A DNA stretch of 64,000 bases from Eledone cirrhosa (lineage: Eukaryota). The stretch is taken from the NCBI GenBank assembly GCA_964016885.1, contig OZ024743.1, positions 121,458,001-121,522,000 of the forward strand, in the 5' to 3' direction. Of this stretch, positions 1-15,382 are shown in pieces. Numbering within the stretch: position 1 is the stretch's first letter; the number at the start of each line of letters is the position of its first letter. The translations under genes were made by a program, and so were the position numbers. The notes beneath the pieces were generated by a model. The model did no database searches. It was not told the DNA's origin and was given only the letters and a program-made list of their open reading frames with translations.

Positions 1-284
1 TGCTGTAATAACATTGCTGTAATGTCACAATAGCCAACTTCATAGACACAGCCTTTACAATACCAAGTAGAAAGTAGAATGAAAAATCATTTACATTGAT
101 GGCAACTTCGGCTATCCAATTTCAATTTTAGTAATGTTTTGGTAATATTAATGGAAGAGTATCCATCATCTTAATAAATAAAAGAACAATGGAACTGCAA
201 CTTACTACAATAAAACATTGGAAAATATTGGAGATGGTTAACGTATTGTATTTATCTCCATGCCAGAACAAATCCCAGTTACTG

Positions 285-385
285 GAGCCAAAATCGGTAT
301 GTAAATTGGTTTAATCCACCTTTTAGTCTTAGTAAAATCAAACATTACTGTACGTTTCCAAATTTGATCCAGAAATATTTGAAAT
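285..385 (+). mobile_element. Highly decayed Penelope-like remnant
   Basis: Translates to RYVNWFNPPFSL...NLIQKY, matching the IWYNPPY/F motif of the other two PLEs. Confidence 0.5.
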
Positions 386-1042
386 TATTTGATTGGCAGA
401 ACTTAAATGCTAGACAGAGTTGAATGACTGATACATGGAAAGGTAATCACTGGTAGTAAGTGCTTGAAGCCACACGAAAACCTCACCCAACCAGCATGTG
501 AACAATCCGTAAAATACTAATCTAGAAACCTGCAAATACCTAAGAAAGGATATGTGCTCCTTACGTAATATATTCAAAACTGGTTCGTATATCTGCTAGG
601 CTACAGTTTTGGTCCAATGGAATAGATAATATTCTCTAAATTCTATGTTAGTATTTACAGGTTCACAGATATATCTTTCGACTAACAAACGACAGAAATA
701 GAGCAGAATTATCAAGCAACGTATGGCACTTCAAAGATAACATTAGTAATTTTAATTTTACTTGGTGTAACGGCACTGCAGCAATATAACTAATGCTCTA
801 AATTCTGCTACCTCTGTAATGCTTCTCCAAATTTTCTCCTTAAATAGAAGGTCAGTGTTAATTTCCAAATGTCACCGTGAAAATAAATTCATTCTAATAA
901 ATCTCAATAGAGCCATTAAATCACGCTGATAAAAGAGAACATCAAGTACGCAAGACTGATCAGTGCCGATAGAACAGTATATTGAAACGTGTGTGCATAC
1001 ATCCGTACGTATACTGTTGTTGCCATTTCGAAATGTAGTCCA

Positions 1043-1059
1043 GTATATATATATATATA

Positions 1060-1110
<51 letters not shown>

Positions 1111-1111
1111 T

Positions 1112-1202
<91 letters not shown>

Positions 1203-1395
1203 CGCATCCATATGAAAGTAGGTGTGCATTTATATCATTTTTATTGAGGGTCTAAATTTCTATGCATGCACGAACATGTATGTGGACATTTAAACGTTTC
1301 TGTGAGTGTGTAAGTCTACACTTGTGTATGCGTATCAGGAGATATAATTATGTATGTATGCGTGCCAGCGAGTTTGCGTGCCAAGAGGCAAAGCA

Positions 1396-1481
<86 letters not shown>

Positions 1482-1486
1482 CCACA

Positions 1487-1517
<31 letters not shown>

Positions 1518-1540
1518 ACTCTCTTTCTCTCTCTCTCTCG
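1043..1540. repeat. Compound microsatellites (TA)n, (TAGA)n, (TG)n, (CT)n
   Basis: Direct inspection. Confidence 0.97.
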
Positions 1541-3356
1541 TCTCACACTTTATTTCTCTTGTATTTTCAGTATCTCTACTTCTATCATGCTATTTCTGAG
1601 GGAGCAAATACTTTTATCTGTGTCTCTATTAAACATCATCGAATGCTATTGTGAGTAGTGAAGCATTCTTGCTCGCTTCACGTTCTTACAATTGTGGGAG
1701 TGCTTCCACCAATGCAAACCAAGCACGAAATATATTTGTAATGGAGATTATATTATAAAAGAGAAGTTGAATCTCGAATACGTTTTGCACATGATAATAT
1801 AAGCAGATTTCAAATAAATTATGTCAATGATAAAGGTTTGTATCTTTCGGGATGGTGTGGGTTGTCAGTCGTTTGGTTTATTTGTGCTTCTAGCAATTGT
1901 ATAGATGAGAATTTATTATATTAGGCTTGGAGTGGGTTCATAACTTCAAAGGATAAACTGCTCAAAGGGATGTTTATTCTGTGAGATAATGGTAGAGCAT
2001 GGCCACGTCTCTTCCGATATTTAGTTACTTAGGTTCAGAGTTCTGAATTCTCAAATCCCAACAAATTGGATCAAGTAAGTATCAGTAATATACTATGAAT
2101 CAAATCAATCTTGTATTCTATTGTACTCTAAATGTATGATTGTTGCTTTTGTTCCGTTTCACGTCGACCCTGTTCGGGCAGAAATATTATCAATGGCATT
2201 TCATCCATGAACATCAAATCTTTCTTCAGATATTATGTATCTTGAACAATTTTATCTACTCACTTGGTCGATAAATTAAGTTTTCTATTCATATAGGAAG
2301 TTACATATCCTGTGACATGGGATTTCGGAACTAGAAAATTACTATAAGATTTAAGTTAAATCATTTACCACTTAATAATGTTTATATCTAACAACAAGAC
2401 TGGTCAATTGTGGAAAACGAGATGAATACCAGTATATAACTGTTACTTATTTTTAAACAATTAAAGGGTGACAGACAAAGTAGACTCCAGCGGAATTTGA
2501 ACTAAATAACACAACATATTTTCTTCGCTACTTTGCCGATTCTGTTGTCTAAGGGTCACACATTTAGAGGTAAGACTGTAGTCCATTGAATCAACATCGG
2601 TAAATAACTGGTACTTATTTTATCGATCGCGGAAAGATGAAAATCCCAATTTGGCCCTGAGGCTATTTGATAATAAGTACAGTTAACATATCATAGGGAT
2701 TCAATGCACTACAACGACACCATCTGTTTCAACAGAACAGAAGTGTTAATGTTGCGGCAGTATCAACACTGCTATGGCAAATGCTGTACTGCTACATTAG
2801 TTCTACTACTACTACTGCTACGATAGCAGCAAGATTGCTACAACAACAACACCGCTACAATAGCTATAACAACACTGCCTTAACAGCAACAGTACTACGA
2901 CCACGATAGCAGCAACGCAGCTATCTATAACTGAGGCAACATTGCACACTACATTACTATTGTTGTAGCAGCAAAACGAAACCTAAATATTTGCTCTTGT
3001 AAAACAAGGAACATCAACCAAGCTATTCCTTTCTCACAAGTAACAACAGTATTGCTTTGTTTTAGCATGCACAGAATAACAGAACTGTAATGTTACAGTG
3101 GTGCTCACACTATCAATACAGTATTTCTACTATCATGATGATACTAGCACGCTTCTAATAAAAGTCATTATACATTAGAATGCAATATATAAACATATTT
3201 AGTCTCGATCGTGACGAGTTGCGATAAGGACCCAAGTCAAGCAGACAACAAGCAATGAGCAACTGGGTTCTTATCAGTAGCTACATAAGTGGCGTCACGT
3301 GTTCTCTCGTTTTGAAGAGGTGTCTTTTCAAATTACATTAATATTATAGCAGCAGC

Positions 3357-3412
<56 letters not shown>

Positions 3413-5160
3413 ATGTGGCAGCATTAGTAGTAATAGTAATAGTAGTAATTCTAACGTCTCGCACTACACTCATGATAACATTAAGCCAAATAGTAAAAGT
3501 ATACACATAAATTAATCCTCCTTGGTAACATTAACAGTAAATAAACAATAAAAACAGAAATACTACAGAATTTATAATAACATCTTTTCCAATATTGACT
3601 ATTGTTTTACTACTGATAGTGTAGCTATTACGCTCCTAAAGTATAGTAATTATACTATCATACAGCAACACTCATTTGAAGCAAAAATATTGCATTGACC
3701 CCTAGATATTCCCTGGAACATGTGTAATACCACAATACTTACATACTGACCATACACATAGTCGCTCAACCAGCTGGAAATAGTAGCTAAAATCCTTTAT
3801 GTTACACCGCTACTGTCTTAGAAAATAAGAAAAAACATTAAATAATGTAATTAGTATACACCGTATAGTCAAGGCTGGAATACATTAAATAAGTTTCTAT
3901 ATTTGTCAGTTTATAAGTCGATTTGGTGTACAAGACCATACCAAAAATTTCCATTTAAAATGTACGGCTAGCTGTATATGACAAGACGACAATATATCAT
4001 AACTGTGGGTTGCAGGATCAATAAATACCAGTTTTTCACAAGAAATATTAGTTATGAAGTAGTAACGACTTAAACCTTTTCAAGAAATGTTTTCTTTAAA
4101 TGTTTAAAATTAGCGGTTTATTGTGATTGGCCTGACTAACACAAATTGGCCAATCATAGAGGATTTTTATCTGTAAAGAAAACAGAAAATATTAGTATGC
4201 TAATTACATGATGCTAATCTAAATTTGTCTCGAAAGAGCCACTTGAAGAGACAACACCAAAAAATGAACCATGGGACCAACTGATGTAAATGACAACAAG
4301 TGTAGGTCTGCTAACTTTACTGCACTGTTATTTTAATATATGTTATACAGGCTTATAAAACATATAAAAGATTTCAATATAAGCTTTCCAGTTTCTTAAG
4401 CATGCCTACAGAAAAAAAAACTGAGTCAATGCTGACACTTTAAACTACAGCATTGACTCTTAAGGTTCAAATTCTGTTCTACACATGAACGTACATGGTA
4501 ACTAACCCAGTGTTGTCTCTTTCCGCTAATATTGTTACACTGCTAAGGTGTTTCCGGCGTCTGTACCCGCAAATTAGACAAACATTATTTGATCGATTGA
4601 TCAGCTAGAATTTCCTAACTTCCTCATTATCCCACCGTTCTGTCTTAAAATGGGACTTATAATGTATATTGGATAAGGTGAAAAACGACAGTGTTCACTG
4701 CTGGAACACTTTTAATATATATGAAAGCTAACTTAAGGCTAACTACAAAACCAACAACTAACAAAGAAAACACTCCATGGTCCCTAGATCTGTGGAAAAT
4801 AGCAGCCAATTTTCCCTCGTGGCAAACCTTATCATCTAACAAAGATAAAACCGCATAGATTAAATATACTCCTAGCTAAACTGGATCTGCGAAGAAATAC
4901 TTAATGGTCAAAGCTGGTACGCATTTGATGATATATCTGCTTGATCAGAGCTGGTGCGGGATTAAACAACAATATTTAATTATAATCTATCTTTATACTG
5001 TGTACTAAATGGTGCAGAAATGCAAAAATATTCCAATAGTAAAATAAGATATAGAATTTGACGCCCAGCTCTATTCCATCGCCTTCTCTATTCTAATATC
5101 GTATCAAGTGATACCACTGTTTCTGCTTACAGTAAATGTCCTCTGTGAATTTTAATAATG

Positions 5161-5378
5161 GTTTCTTGTATAGGCACAAGGCCAGTCATTTTTGTGGGGA
5201 GAGGAAAGTCGATTAAATCGACCCCGGTGCGTGACTAGTACTTTATTTTATCGACCCCGTAAGGATGAAAGGCAAAGTTAACCTCGGCGGGATTTGAACT
5301 CAGATCATAGAGGGCTGTAACTCTATGCTGCAAAGCATGGCGTCCGACCCTCTAACGATTCTGCCAATCCGCCGCCCT
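5161..5378 (-). mobile_element. Full-length tRNA-derived SINE (family A) with 19-bp TSD
   Basis: A-box-like TGGCAGAATCG and B-box GTTCAAATC. TSD tctgtgaattttaataatg at 5142-5160 and 5379-5397. Confidence 0.9.
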
Positions 5379-8300
5379 TCTGTGAATTTTAATAATGACT
5401 TTTCGAGTTGTTCGTGTATCTGAATGACCTACGCATTGTATTATATTGTGTGTTATTGAGTATTCCGCAGTCAATTATACCCTTAACATAATCCCCGTAA
5501 GGAATCCAGGTGGCGCCGTGTATGACAAGAACTTGAATTACCGGTAAACTCCATCGTATGGGCTTCCAAGCAATTTTACTGACAATGTTTGTGCCATGCA
5601 GTGGGATCTAACACGAGACTAAATTATCTCAGTGTAAACTGCTTAACCCTTTGATCATGCCTTCAACCATATGCTGGCACTATTGCAATATTCAGTAGTA
5701 ATTGATATTCCATCTCATACTGATAATCTAGCAGTACTAAATATTTATCAGATGGTGTATCAAGACATACTATTACTTACACTAACATTACCGTACTGAT
5801 TTCTAACATTAATGCAAAACCAGAAATCTGTAGATAAATAATATATTCGATTGAATCAAATACCGTATATTGCTGGTATCTATTTTTTTACCCTTGTGTG
5901 GTCAAAGACTAAGTTAACAGGTGATAATACCAATGTCATAGCAAGAAAACCGTAGCTTTTGGTTGTATACCACATTAACAATACTAACATTGCATTAAAT
6001 ACCTACTTTATGGACGTAATACCATAAAAGATGCACAAAAAAGGTTTACAATCTTCTTATTTTTAATTGAAATACAGCTGAGTCAACATTGCTTTTTATC
6101 TCCTTCGGGAATGAGAAAATGATAACAGCTGTCAGATACTGAGATTGAGTCGGGCGATTTTATCACTCCTCTCAAAATAGTACATATACGAAACAGAACA
6201 ATATTACAAGTAATATAATCAGCCCCTCCTAAATATATTTCAGAGAAATACTTTACGTAATTATATATCAGATATCATATATTATATAATCTGCTCAAGT
6301 AACTATAAAATGAGAACTTAACCTTAAATACAAGTCACTACAAATCTTCCATGTTCTGATCTCTGTTGGGGACATCAATCATATAAAATGTATAAATCGT
6401 CATCACAACTAGACGACTTCCTTTCAAATATCAGAAAATATTTCATTTCTGATCTGTTGCTGACCATCTCCAAAATTCATGTAAAACTCCCATTGGAGTA
6501 TTAGAAACATATTTATGGCGGTGCTGCTTATAAAGAGAAAAAAAAATACCTAGACGGTATCTAAAAACGGTATTTAACTGATTGGTAGAAATCAACTCAC
6601 TGATACAGTACAACTACGAGCTCGCGAACACTGCTTCTTTTCATTGCTTATGCTACCGTTACTACAAGGGCCTCTGCGCCTTTATTAACTTGCATATGTC
6701 ATCCATGTTTACCTATCGCGGATAATTGTTTTATTGTAAACTCTACTACACAGCAGCAAATGCATTGCCCAAGAAATCCTTTCCTGTGAAATTCTATCTC
6801 TGGTCATGTTTTTCCTACAGATGCCCATGTTGAACATCAACCCTCTTTATATGCATTACATTCCCTCATTTGACTATCTGTTAAAACAAATTATGTTAAT
6901 ACCGTTCTGTTCCAGGCCTACTTGTGTGAAGGAGAAGGTTACTGATCTGGATAAATTAAATTCATTCGAAATCAATGTTTAGAAATCAAAACTCCACAAC
7001 GTCTCTCGTACAAGACAATCTAAACAAGCAATTCACCATTTCTGTAAAACCCCTTCTATAATAAAATGTTTGCCCCATTAGAATATAGAGCCATATGTAA
7101 TTAATACCGATTTATGGGGTAACTGATGTTTTGAAAATATTGGAATCTGTATCAAGAATCAATCATTAAACTCACTTGTAGTTCTGATATTAGTCAGGTG
7201 TCCAGTTAGAACCACTCTTTGATATGTAAGCCCACAACCATTTGTGTTGGGTTGGTAGCCTATCTATACCTGCTACCTAGGAATTCGAATTTTAATGCCT
7301 AAACTTCTGTCTGACATAACAGCAACAAACATAAATATAGTAGAATATTAATTTCCCCAAGCATCTAATAGCAAATAGAATCTATTTGTAAGACACCATT
7401 GAACCTTTGTAGCCTTCATTTGGACAAAATGCGTGCATAACTCTAGATTACAAAGATGTTCCTGTGTATAGAATGTGCGTCTCTTGACGGTGTAATGTGC
7501 TGAAGAAAATGTATTTCTTGCGGTTAGGTGAAATTGTAAAGACTGTAGAATTTGTTCAGCTCTGATGCCATTTTATTAATCTGATGGTTCAGCTCTAGGT
7601 TAACCAGATTATGAGTGATAGTAGAAACAAGCTTCACAAAAAGTGTCTAGTATGATTGTCAGTGCAGTATAATATATATAAAAGGACAACAGTCTTTTTT
7701 AGATTTAGTTCTGGACCAAACTACAACAAACCGTTAGAGAGATGCTTCTGAGTTACATGTGAATGCAGGATCTTGATGATAGTTATTGCCATGCACAAGT
7801 AGTTTATGAGTTATGATGAATTGTATGCTGTTAGGAGAGTTATATGCCTTGTTGACGATGCTTTATAGCAATGAGGCTAAATTATTTCTATTAACATATG
7901 TCTCTCCATTTGATCCCTCGTTAATATCACTATCCGAGAGATAATATGATAAATCAGAAAATAGATAAGAAATAGTGTCAACTCAACAGTTGCCCTATTG
8001 CCCTACTCAGGCGGTGAATTGGGAAGGTCGTAAGAGTCAAATGTTTCGGTAATTATTCCTGCTCTCTACGCTGTTGCCATTCATCCTTTCAGGGTTGATA
8101 AATAAAGTACTAATCCAAAGATGGGGAAATGGTTAGATTGGTAACAGCAGTTCGATCTATACTATATTTTCAGTTCTAAGTAATCATTGAGACCTATTAA
8201 ATACATGATTATTATTTATTGTTTTTATGATTATGCTATATGAGAAAATTATCTAGGATATGTAGAATTGTGTTAAAGAAATTCTTATTGATTAAGAGAA

Positions 8301-10174
8301 ATATGGTTGGTGGGGTTATTATGATTGCTTCTTACTGGCGAAATATATGCGCTATAGATGTTAACATGTATCACCATTATAGTATCAATTACGGATTATA
8401 TGACCCAAATAGCCTACCTGTAACTTTTGTCGAGTAGTTAATATTTCAATTTTACTGAGTGGTGGAGTGGCAGAAACGGTAAACCGCTAAACGAATGCTT
8501 TAGGGCATTTATTGGCGTCTCAGTTCAAATCTACCCTGGGAGTAGTCTGTTCTTTGTCAAAAATCAATATTTCGATCTTTTAATATATTCATGAAAACAA
8601 TAATATCCTTTACTTTATGTGTCCTATCGAATAATAGATACTTTACGGTCATAACTCTCGATGTTGTTTAATAAATGATTATCAATAAATCCCAAGTTGA
8701 CAGGATTTTGTTGTTTAAAACAGAAGTGAAAATGTTCTACCAATTTAGTTATGAAGCTTTCATAATTCAAATGCCATTCATTTGATTAAATGTCAGACTG
8801 AAATTAAATCCAGATGAAACAATTGTTGATGACGGGAATTACATAAAGAACTAATTGCCCGATATATTTGAATATATGTTTAATTAATTCAATTATATAC
8901 GTTTTTATAAAACATTGAAAACTATATTTAACAGCCTGTATGGATATTCTATACAAGTTGTAATGTTAAATCGCTTATCTTGAACAGTTTTATCAATATA
9001 TTTTCTAATATAATGATGTTCGTCGATTTATCTTTAAGCCAATATGTTTCAAGAATATTTTTTTCATAAAAGACAAAAAGAATATTACAATTATGCAATC
9101 TACTAAGTTACTAAATCCTAGAGGAGGAGAAATAAAAATCTATCATTCATAAATGTGAATGCATGAATGACATGGCTTCACTAGAGAACTCAAATCGCAT
9201 TTATGTTGCTGTTTACTCTGAGCTTATTTTTGTCTACGACAGTATGTTCTAGACAATATTGATGTTTTATGTGTATTTTCTGAGTTTGTGATATTCATGG
9301 TTTCCGAAAACTATTAATGATGTGTGGGCAAATAATTGTAAATGTATTGTAACTGAATCTTAAACTTTCCTTAATACATGTGTAATGATATACTAAATAA
9401 ACTCGAAACTTGGATCAAATTTAACTAAGTTCAAACTGACACACCAAAGTATAGCTAGAAATATGGGAACGTCCGGATTTCCGATTTTCTAGTTTACAGA
9501 AAAGTCAATCCTTGATAAAAGAGAATATCCGCTTCAAAGTATAATAACAGGCCGATACACACAGTTTATTTACTCACAAGATGCAACACATAATTTTAAT
9601 TTTTCTGCTTCTAGGTTGGTAACATTTTATATTCTAAATTGTTGATAGTTATTTTCACTGTGTAATTTCATGTTAATTACTATCTTGTACTTATACTGAG
9701 TAATATTGGTACAGACCGGGAGGTTGGAATTATTTCAAATTTCGAAGGCACGAATGATAACGAAGGAGTAAAACGTCTCATTAAATACTTTACAGTATCA
9801 AATCTTACTTAATTAAACAACATTTTGTATACCGACTATGCGATTTCCCCAGCAAAATATAATCATGTCTTAGTAGAAAATCTATATTCTAGATTTTAGA
9901 GAATATATATATAGTTGATATACGAACAAAATGGAGGTATAACTAAATGGGTTAGAGGTTCGCTTGATCTCACCTAATGCCTAGTGTCTGAGTGGAATTT
10001 AAAAGATGTGAAAGAGTGTAGAGTTTCGTCGGGTGGGCTCTAGTTGTGATCGAAAGCCCACGCCTCATCACAATTAACTGCATCAAGCTGAGTCTGTCTG
10101 AAGATTATGTAAACGGGACAAGTATCCGATATATAAATATATGTATGTATGTATGTATGTATGTATCTATGTAT

Positions 10175-10320
10175 AATTGTCACAAGTGTAGTGTTTGTAC
10201 CAGAGTTTTCAAGTCACTGGCTGGACTAAAATGTCAGACTCGTTCAACGCATCGGTGGGGGTTCTCCTACATGGATATAAAGTAGTGGCCGTACTCGAAA
10301 ACGAGTTGGCAGTCACCATG
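10175..10320 (+). mobile_element. RTE-like 3' end with C2H2-type finger; a second tail copy at ~10555-10600
   Basis: CSVCTRVFKSLAGLK.....H, and a repeated 'tggccntactcganaacgag' tail. Confidence 0.5.
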
Positions 10321-10453
10321 TATATGAGTATTATTTATATCATTTTAGACATTTTATATCATAGGCTGGGCTAAAAAGCCACATTCGATCGCAGCACCGT
10401 TAATTGTCATTGTGTGTGTGTATATATTATTATTATTATTATTATTATTATAA

Positions 10454-10505
<52 letters not shown>

Positions 10506-10770
10506 GTCATTATTGTTATTATTATATTGCTTTTTGTTTGTTTTTTTCCTCGTGTAATGGCCATACTCGATAACGAGGGGTCAGCCATCATATATGTATC
10601 TATGTATGTATGTACGTATGTAGATTTTGAGTTTATGTTGGTTGTATACCAACACCTCAGTATGCAGGCTGGAGCACTCGACGAAGTGCGCAGGTTGGTT
10701 TGGTTACTCCGGAGTAGTGTAAAATAAAGTTAAATAAAAGTCAAATGATTAAAATTTAGCTTCGTTTATT

Positions 10771-10826
10771 ACTGCTATATATATTTCAGTGACAGCCATC
10801 TTTGGCTGTGACCTCTTCAAGCAGTT
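10771..10826 (-). ncRNA. Hammerhead motif, family H1 (core TTGAAGA)
   Basis: actgc-TTGAAGA-ggtc acagcca(aaga)tggctgt cact-GAAA-tatata-TA-gcagt. Perfect 5-bp stem I and a compensatory stem II change. Confidence 0.6.
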
Positions 10827-11764
10827 TGAATTAGTATGGTATAGACAAGTACATATGTATGTATATATATTATACGTATGTATATATATTATATACAGTA
10901 TATATATCATATATATATATTATATATATATATACATATACATATATATATTGTTGTTGTTGTTGTTGTTGAACTGTTTCCGTTTTGAGATTATTATTAT
11001 TAATAGCATTAATTATTTGTATATATTTATTCAATGTATTCTTCTTATGAAAAGTATTCGTATTTAATTAGACAATAAAAACAAACAAAATCTAAACTCT
11101 GTTTAGATTTGCTTACGAATGTAAAAACAAATAATCAGTCTCCCTATAAATGTGTTACATGACAAAAGGGTTGAAAAATAATCTACTTCAGTATTGTTTA
11201 GATTAAATACTCAAGTAGAGGCAGTTTCATTATTTCCATTTTAAAGTTATTTAATTTGAAGTGGAAAGTAATCAATTACTTTATAGCAATTGCTTGTACC
11301 AATATTTTCAAGATGATTAGAAACTGTTAGGTGAAAAAAGAACTGAAATAGAGAATATGAATTGATTTCTTCGGAGGATTATATTTTCCTATCCTAAAGG
11401 AAACTTGGTATTCAGTTTTTTTGTTGTTGTTTTTTATCAACGAAAGAGTATATTTAATCAACAGGATAAGGACGTTGTTTTTTTATTTGTGTGCGTGTAG
11501 GAAGAGTGTCACTAGTAAGATATAATTTGGAATGAGTTTTGCATGAAGCATATTATAGTACATTAGCTTATTAATCTATATTATAAAGATAGTCTGTATT
11601 TTGTGTCAGTCTGTCACACAAGCACTAGAATCTGAGAGCATCGTTTTTAAATTTGTATTTAGAATTCAGGAATCACAATTTAAATTAAGAGAAAAAATGG
11701 TGATGGGTTAAATGTTTCTAAATACTCTTAAATCTTAAAAGGTTTCAATTATGCCAGAAGTCAG

Positions 11765-11833
<69 letters not shown>

Positions 11834-12373
11834 TATGTTATTCCGGGTTGAATCGGAGGTAACCACAGTAAGTAAGGTACTCAATGCATAGCAGAGTATA
11901 AAAGTTTAAATATAGATGAGATTCTACAGGACTAGAACTGTTTCATTCTTTAGAAATCATCATATATAAATGAATAAATGAACATAAAATTAATGTAAGC
12001 AAAATGCTAACAATAATTCAGGTATATAAGTGACTATACCATCAAGATGAAAAAATATTTAATGCAAGATGAGGGGAAAAGTAACACAATCTTAATTCAA
12101 AACAAATCAAGAAGAAAAAACTTTTTTTTCATCAAATGTGTAAGTTGGGGAAAAAACAATACAATCTTAATTTAAAATAAAATCAAGAAGTTAGACTTAT
12201 CCGTCAATTTTGGGGGAAAACTACAAATGCACTATATAGTCTTCAAAAGACCATTTCATAAAAAGACCATTTCATATATATATATATATACATACATACA
12301 TATATATATATATAGTATATATATATATATACTATATATATATATATAGTATATATATATATAGTATATATAT

Positions 12374-12426
<53 letters not shown>

Positions 12427-12459
12427 ATATATATATATATAATATATATATATATATTT

Positions 12460-12491
<32 letters not shown>

Positions 12492-13455
12492 TTATTAAAA
12501 TCGCTGCTTTCACCCTTAACGGGATCTTCTGAAACTAACAAAGTCAATCTGTGATCGCAGAAGTGGATATTTCAAAAAACGTTGCAACCGGAGGAAGACA
12601 GGAAGACGATACTTTGGTTCGTGGAAACGTTCCCTGGCAAAGAACGGGAAAAAACGAATATAATACGTCATTATTTGGAGCGGTGAAAAACAATTACACG
12701 CAAAGACAGAACCACGTTTATGGTATAAAAGAGGTCGTAGACTGATATTCTCTTAGGTGGTTCATAGAGACGTTCTCTGGCATTGAACGAAAAAAATGAA
12801 GATAATACGTCATATGTGGGGCGTGGAGAACAATTGCTCGCAAAGATAAAACCACGTAAATCGTATAACTGAAGTTGTAGACTAAAATTCTAACTAGGAA
12901 ACCGAATGATTCTAAGCTTCAGAGTTAAGAATAAAGTAAATTAAATACAGAGGTAATTGAAATTAAATAAATACATACACGCATCCATATACAAGCATAC
13001 GCGAAAACACTCGCCATAGGTATACAAATACACGCACATATATATATATATATATGTGTGTGTGCGTGTATACAAATAATTAAATAAACGTATATAAATA
13101 AATAAATACGTATATAATAAGCACCCACACATACCTACATGTAAATACACATATGTTCGGAGACGTACGTCAACCAAAACACGAAGTACACATATACACA
13201 CACCCTGCATACGTACGAACCCGCATACTTACACAGACGCAAAACTCACGTATACACATAACCAAAAGCATATGTACCAGAATATATAAAATATACGCCA
13301 TAACATATACAATCAAATATACGTACGAGAAAGTATACGTACCTTCACAAAACATACAGGTAATATATACTTACCTATACAAATAAGTAATGGTATAAAC
13401 ATAACATATACTTAGCTACCACATCAAGACGTAAAATATCCGCGTATAGATCGTA

Positions 13456-14740
13456 CTATCCGTTAGGGTATAATATGGGGCTGTAATACAGGAAAGTTTT
13501 GTGCAATTTATATTTACATGCCGAAATTGCCTCAGATTTTTTGTTTAAGATGTGGTCTGTGGCGTAGAGTATTTCCAGGGCCTCAGCGGCGCAGAGGTCA
13601 CATGGTCTTTTATTTCCGTTATACGAGCTAGCTCTAGCTAAGATCTCCCAGTGTAACTTATAGTGGGTGTGGTTTCTTTTAGACTCCAGACATAAGCTGA
13701 AAGTGACGTCATATTCCTTCTTAGAGGGTAACGAAAAGAATGGGTATGCATGTAAAGACGCTGCTTGAATCTATTGGCGGTTAACCCTATGTAGGCCCTA
13801 CGGGACGTGGGTGTTACAACCTTACATTTACAGACAATGTTACTAGAGAGGCATTTCCCGGATAGGGGGCAGTCAACCCGATTCCTACAATTACAGTTAG
13901 TACTAACTACTTGTTTCACGTGTTCCTACGGCTAGGTAGTTTAGCTAAATTTGAAGCTGTGATGTTATGTGCAAGGTTAGGAGTCGTAGAGTAAGAAATT
14001 TTTATAGTATTTCTATTAAGAATTTTACTATGTTTATGTGTAGGGGGAAAATGCTTCGTAATAAGGAAGAGAAAGATCTTAGCTAATGGTGTGGCCACCT
14101 CCATATTATATGGTGGGTTATACCATATAATGCGTCGGGATCTATTTCTTCTAGATCTATTCTCGTACTCTGTATATGCTACCTTATCGACAAATCCACT
14201 CCGAGCAAGAGCTTCATTGTAATATGTGGAATGGTCGTTGAAAATATGCTCATTAGTAGATAGACGGGAAAGCCTCAAAGAAATGTTTCTTACCAGGTTC
14301 TTGGTTATGCTGGCAGGATGGTTAGAATGCTTACTTATGTAATTAAGCGTATCATTCGGCTTTCTATACGGGTAATACAAGCCATTCGATAAATTGAGGG
14401 TAACGTCGAGGTAATTAATGACCGAGAGGTTGGCCTCAACCTGTATAGAGAGGTTGAAGCCTTTAAAGAAGACTGTGAGTTCTTTTCTGAACCTTCCGCA
14501 TTTAGTCATGGTCAAAAGACCATCATCACAGTACAAACCACCGCCCACGTTAGGGAATTCGTCCTTGATAGAGAAAAGAAGGAAAAGGCCGATAAGATCA
14601 GTAACCTCCGCAGAATCGCTGGCGCCCATACTCACGTCGAATGTGGTACTATTAGATTTTTTAATCCAAATAGAGTCGTCGAAATTAATCACCGACTTAC
14701 GGGTATTGAGGATGACATCAACTTCGAAAACCTTAACCAC
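13456..14740 (-). pseudogene. PLE RT/GIY-YIG coding region with at least two frameshifts
   Basis: Frame changes near 13918 and 13650. The catalytic motif reads YCDD. Confidence 0.88.
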
Positions 14741-15382
14741 TGTGTGTGTATATGTGTACTTCGTGTTTTGGTTGACGTAGTCTCCGAACATATGTGTATT
14801 TACATGTAGCTATGTGTGTGTGTTTGTTATATACGTATTTATTTATTTATATACGTTTATTTAATTACTTGTATACACGCGCACACACACACACATATAT
14901 ATATTTGCGTGTATTTGTATACCTATGGCGAGTGTTTTCGCGTATGCTTGTGTATGTACGTATATGGATGCGTGTATGTATTTATTTAATTTCAATTACC
15001 TCTGTATTTTATTTACTTTATACTTAATTCGGTTTCCTAGTTAGAATTTTAGTCTACGACTTCAGTTATACCATTTACGTGGTTTTGTCTTTGCGAGCAA
15101 TTGTTCTCTACGGTCTACATATGACGTATTATCTTCGTTTTTTCCGTTCAATGCCAGAAAACATCTCTATGAACCACCTAATAGAATATTAGTCTACGAC
15201 TTCTTTTATACCATAAACGTGGTTTTGTCTTTCCGTGTAATTGTTTTTCACCGCTCCAAATAATGACGTATTATATTCGTTTTTTCCCGTTCTTTGCCAG
15301 GGAACGTTTCCACGAACCAAAGTATCGTCTTCCTGTCTTCCTCCGGTTGCAACGTATTTTGAAATATTCTCTTCTGCGCTCA

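Noticed and set aside
6900-7900. Possible CR1/L2 remnant (PLEY- and LDLVL-like peptides)
   Set aside because: Motifs are too few, out of the expected order and heavily degenerate.
12551-12745. Duplicated 64-aa ORF (also at 15189-15383)
   Set aside because: It lies in the PLE inverted repeat, antisense to the element, has non-ATG starts and shows no recognisable motif.
13905-13925. TGA ending the PLE RT ORF read as selenocysteine (described for some Naiad-type PLEs)
   Set aside because: A TAG follows three codons later and the endonuclease continues in another frame, so this is a frameshift. The downstream cysteines use TGT/TGC.
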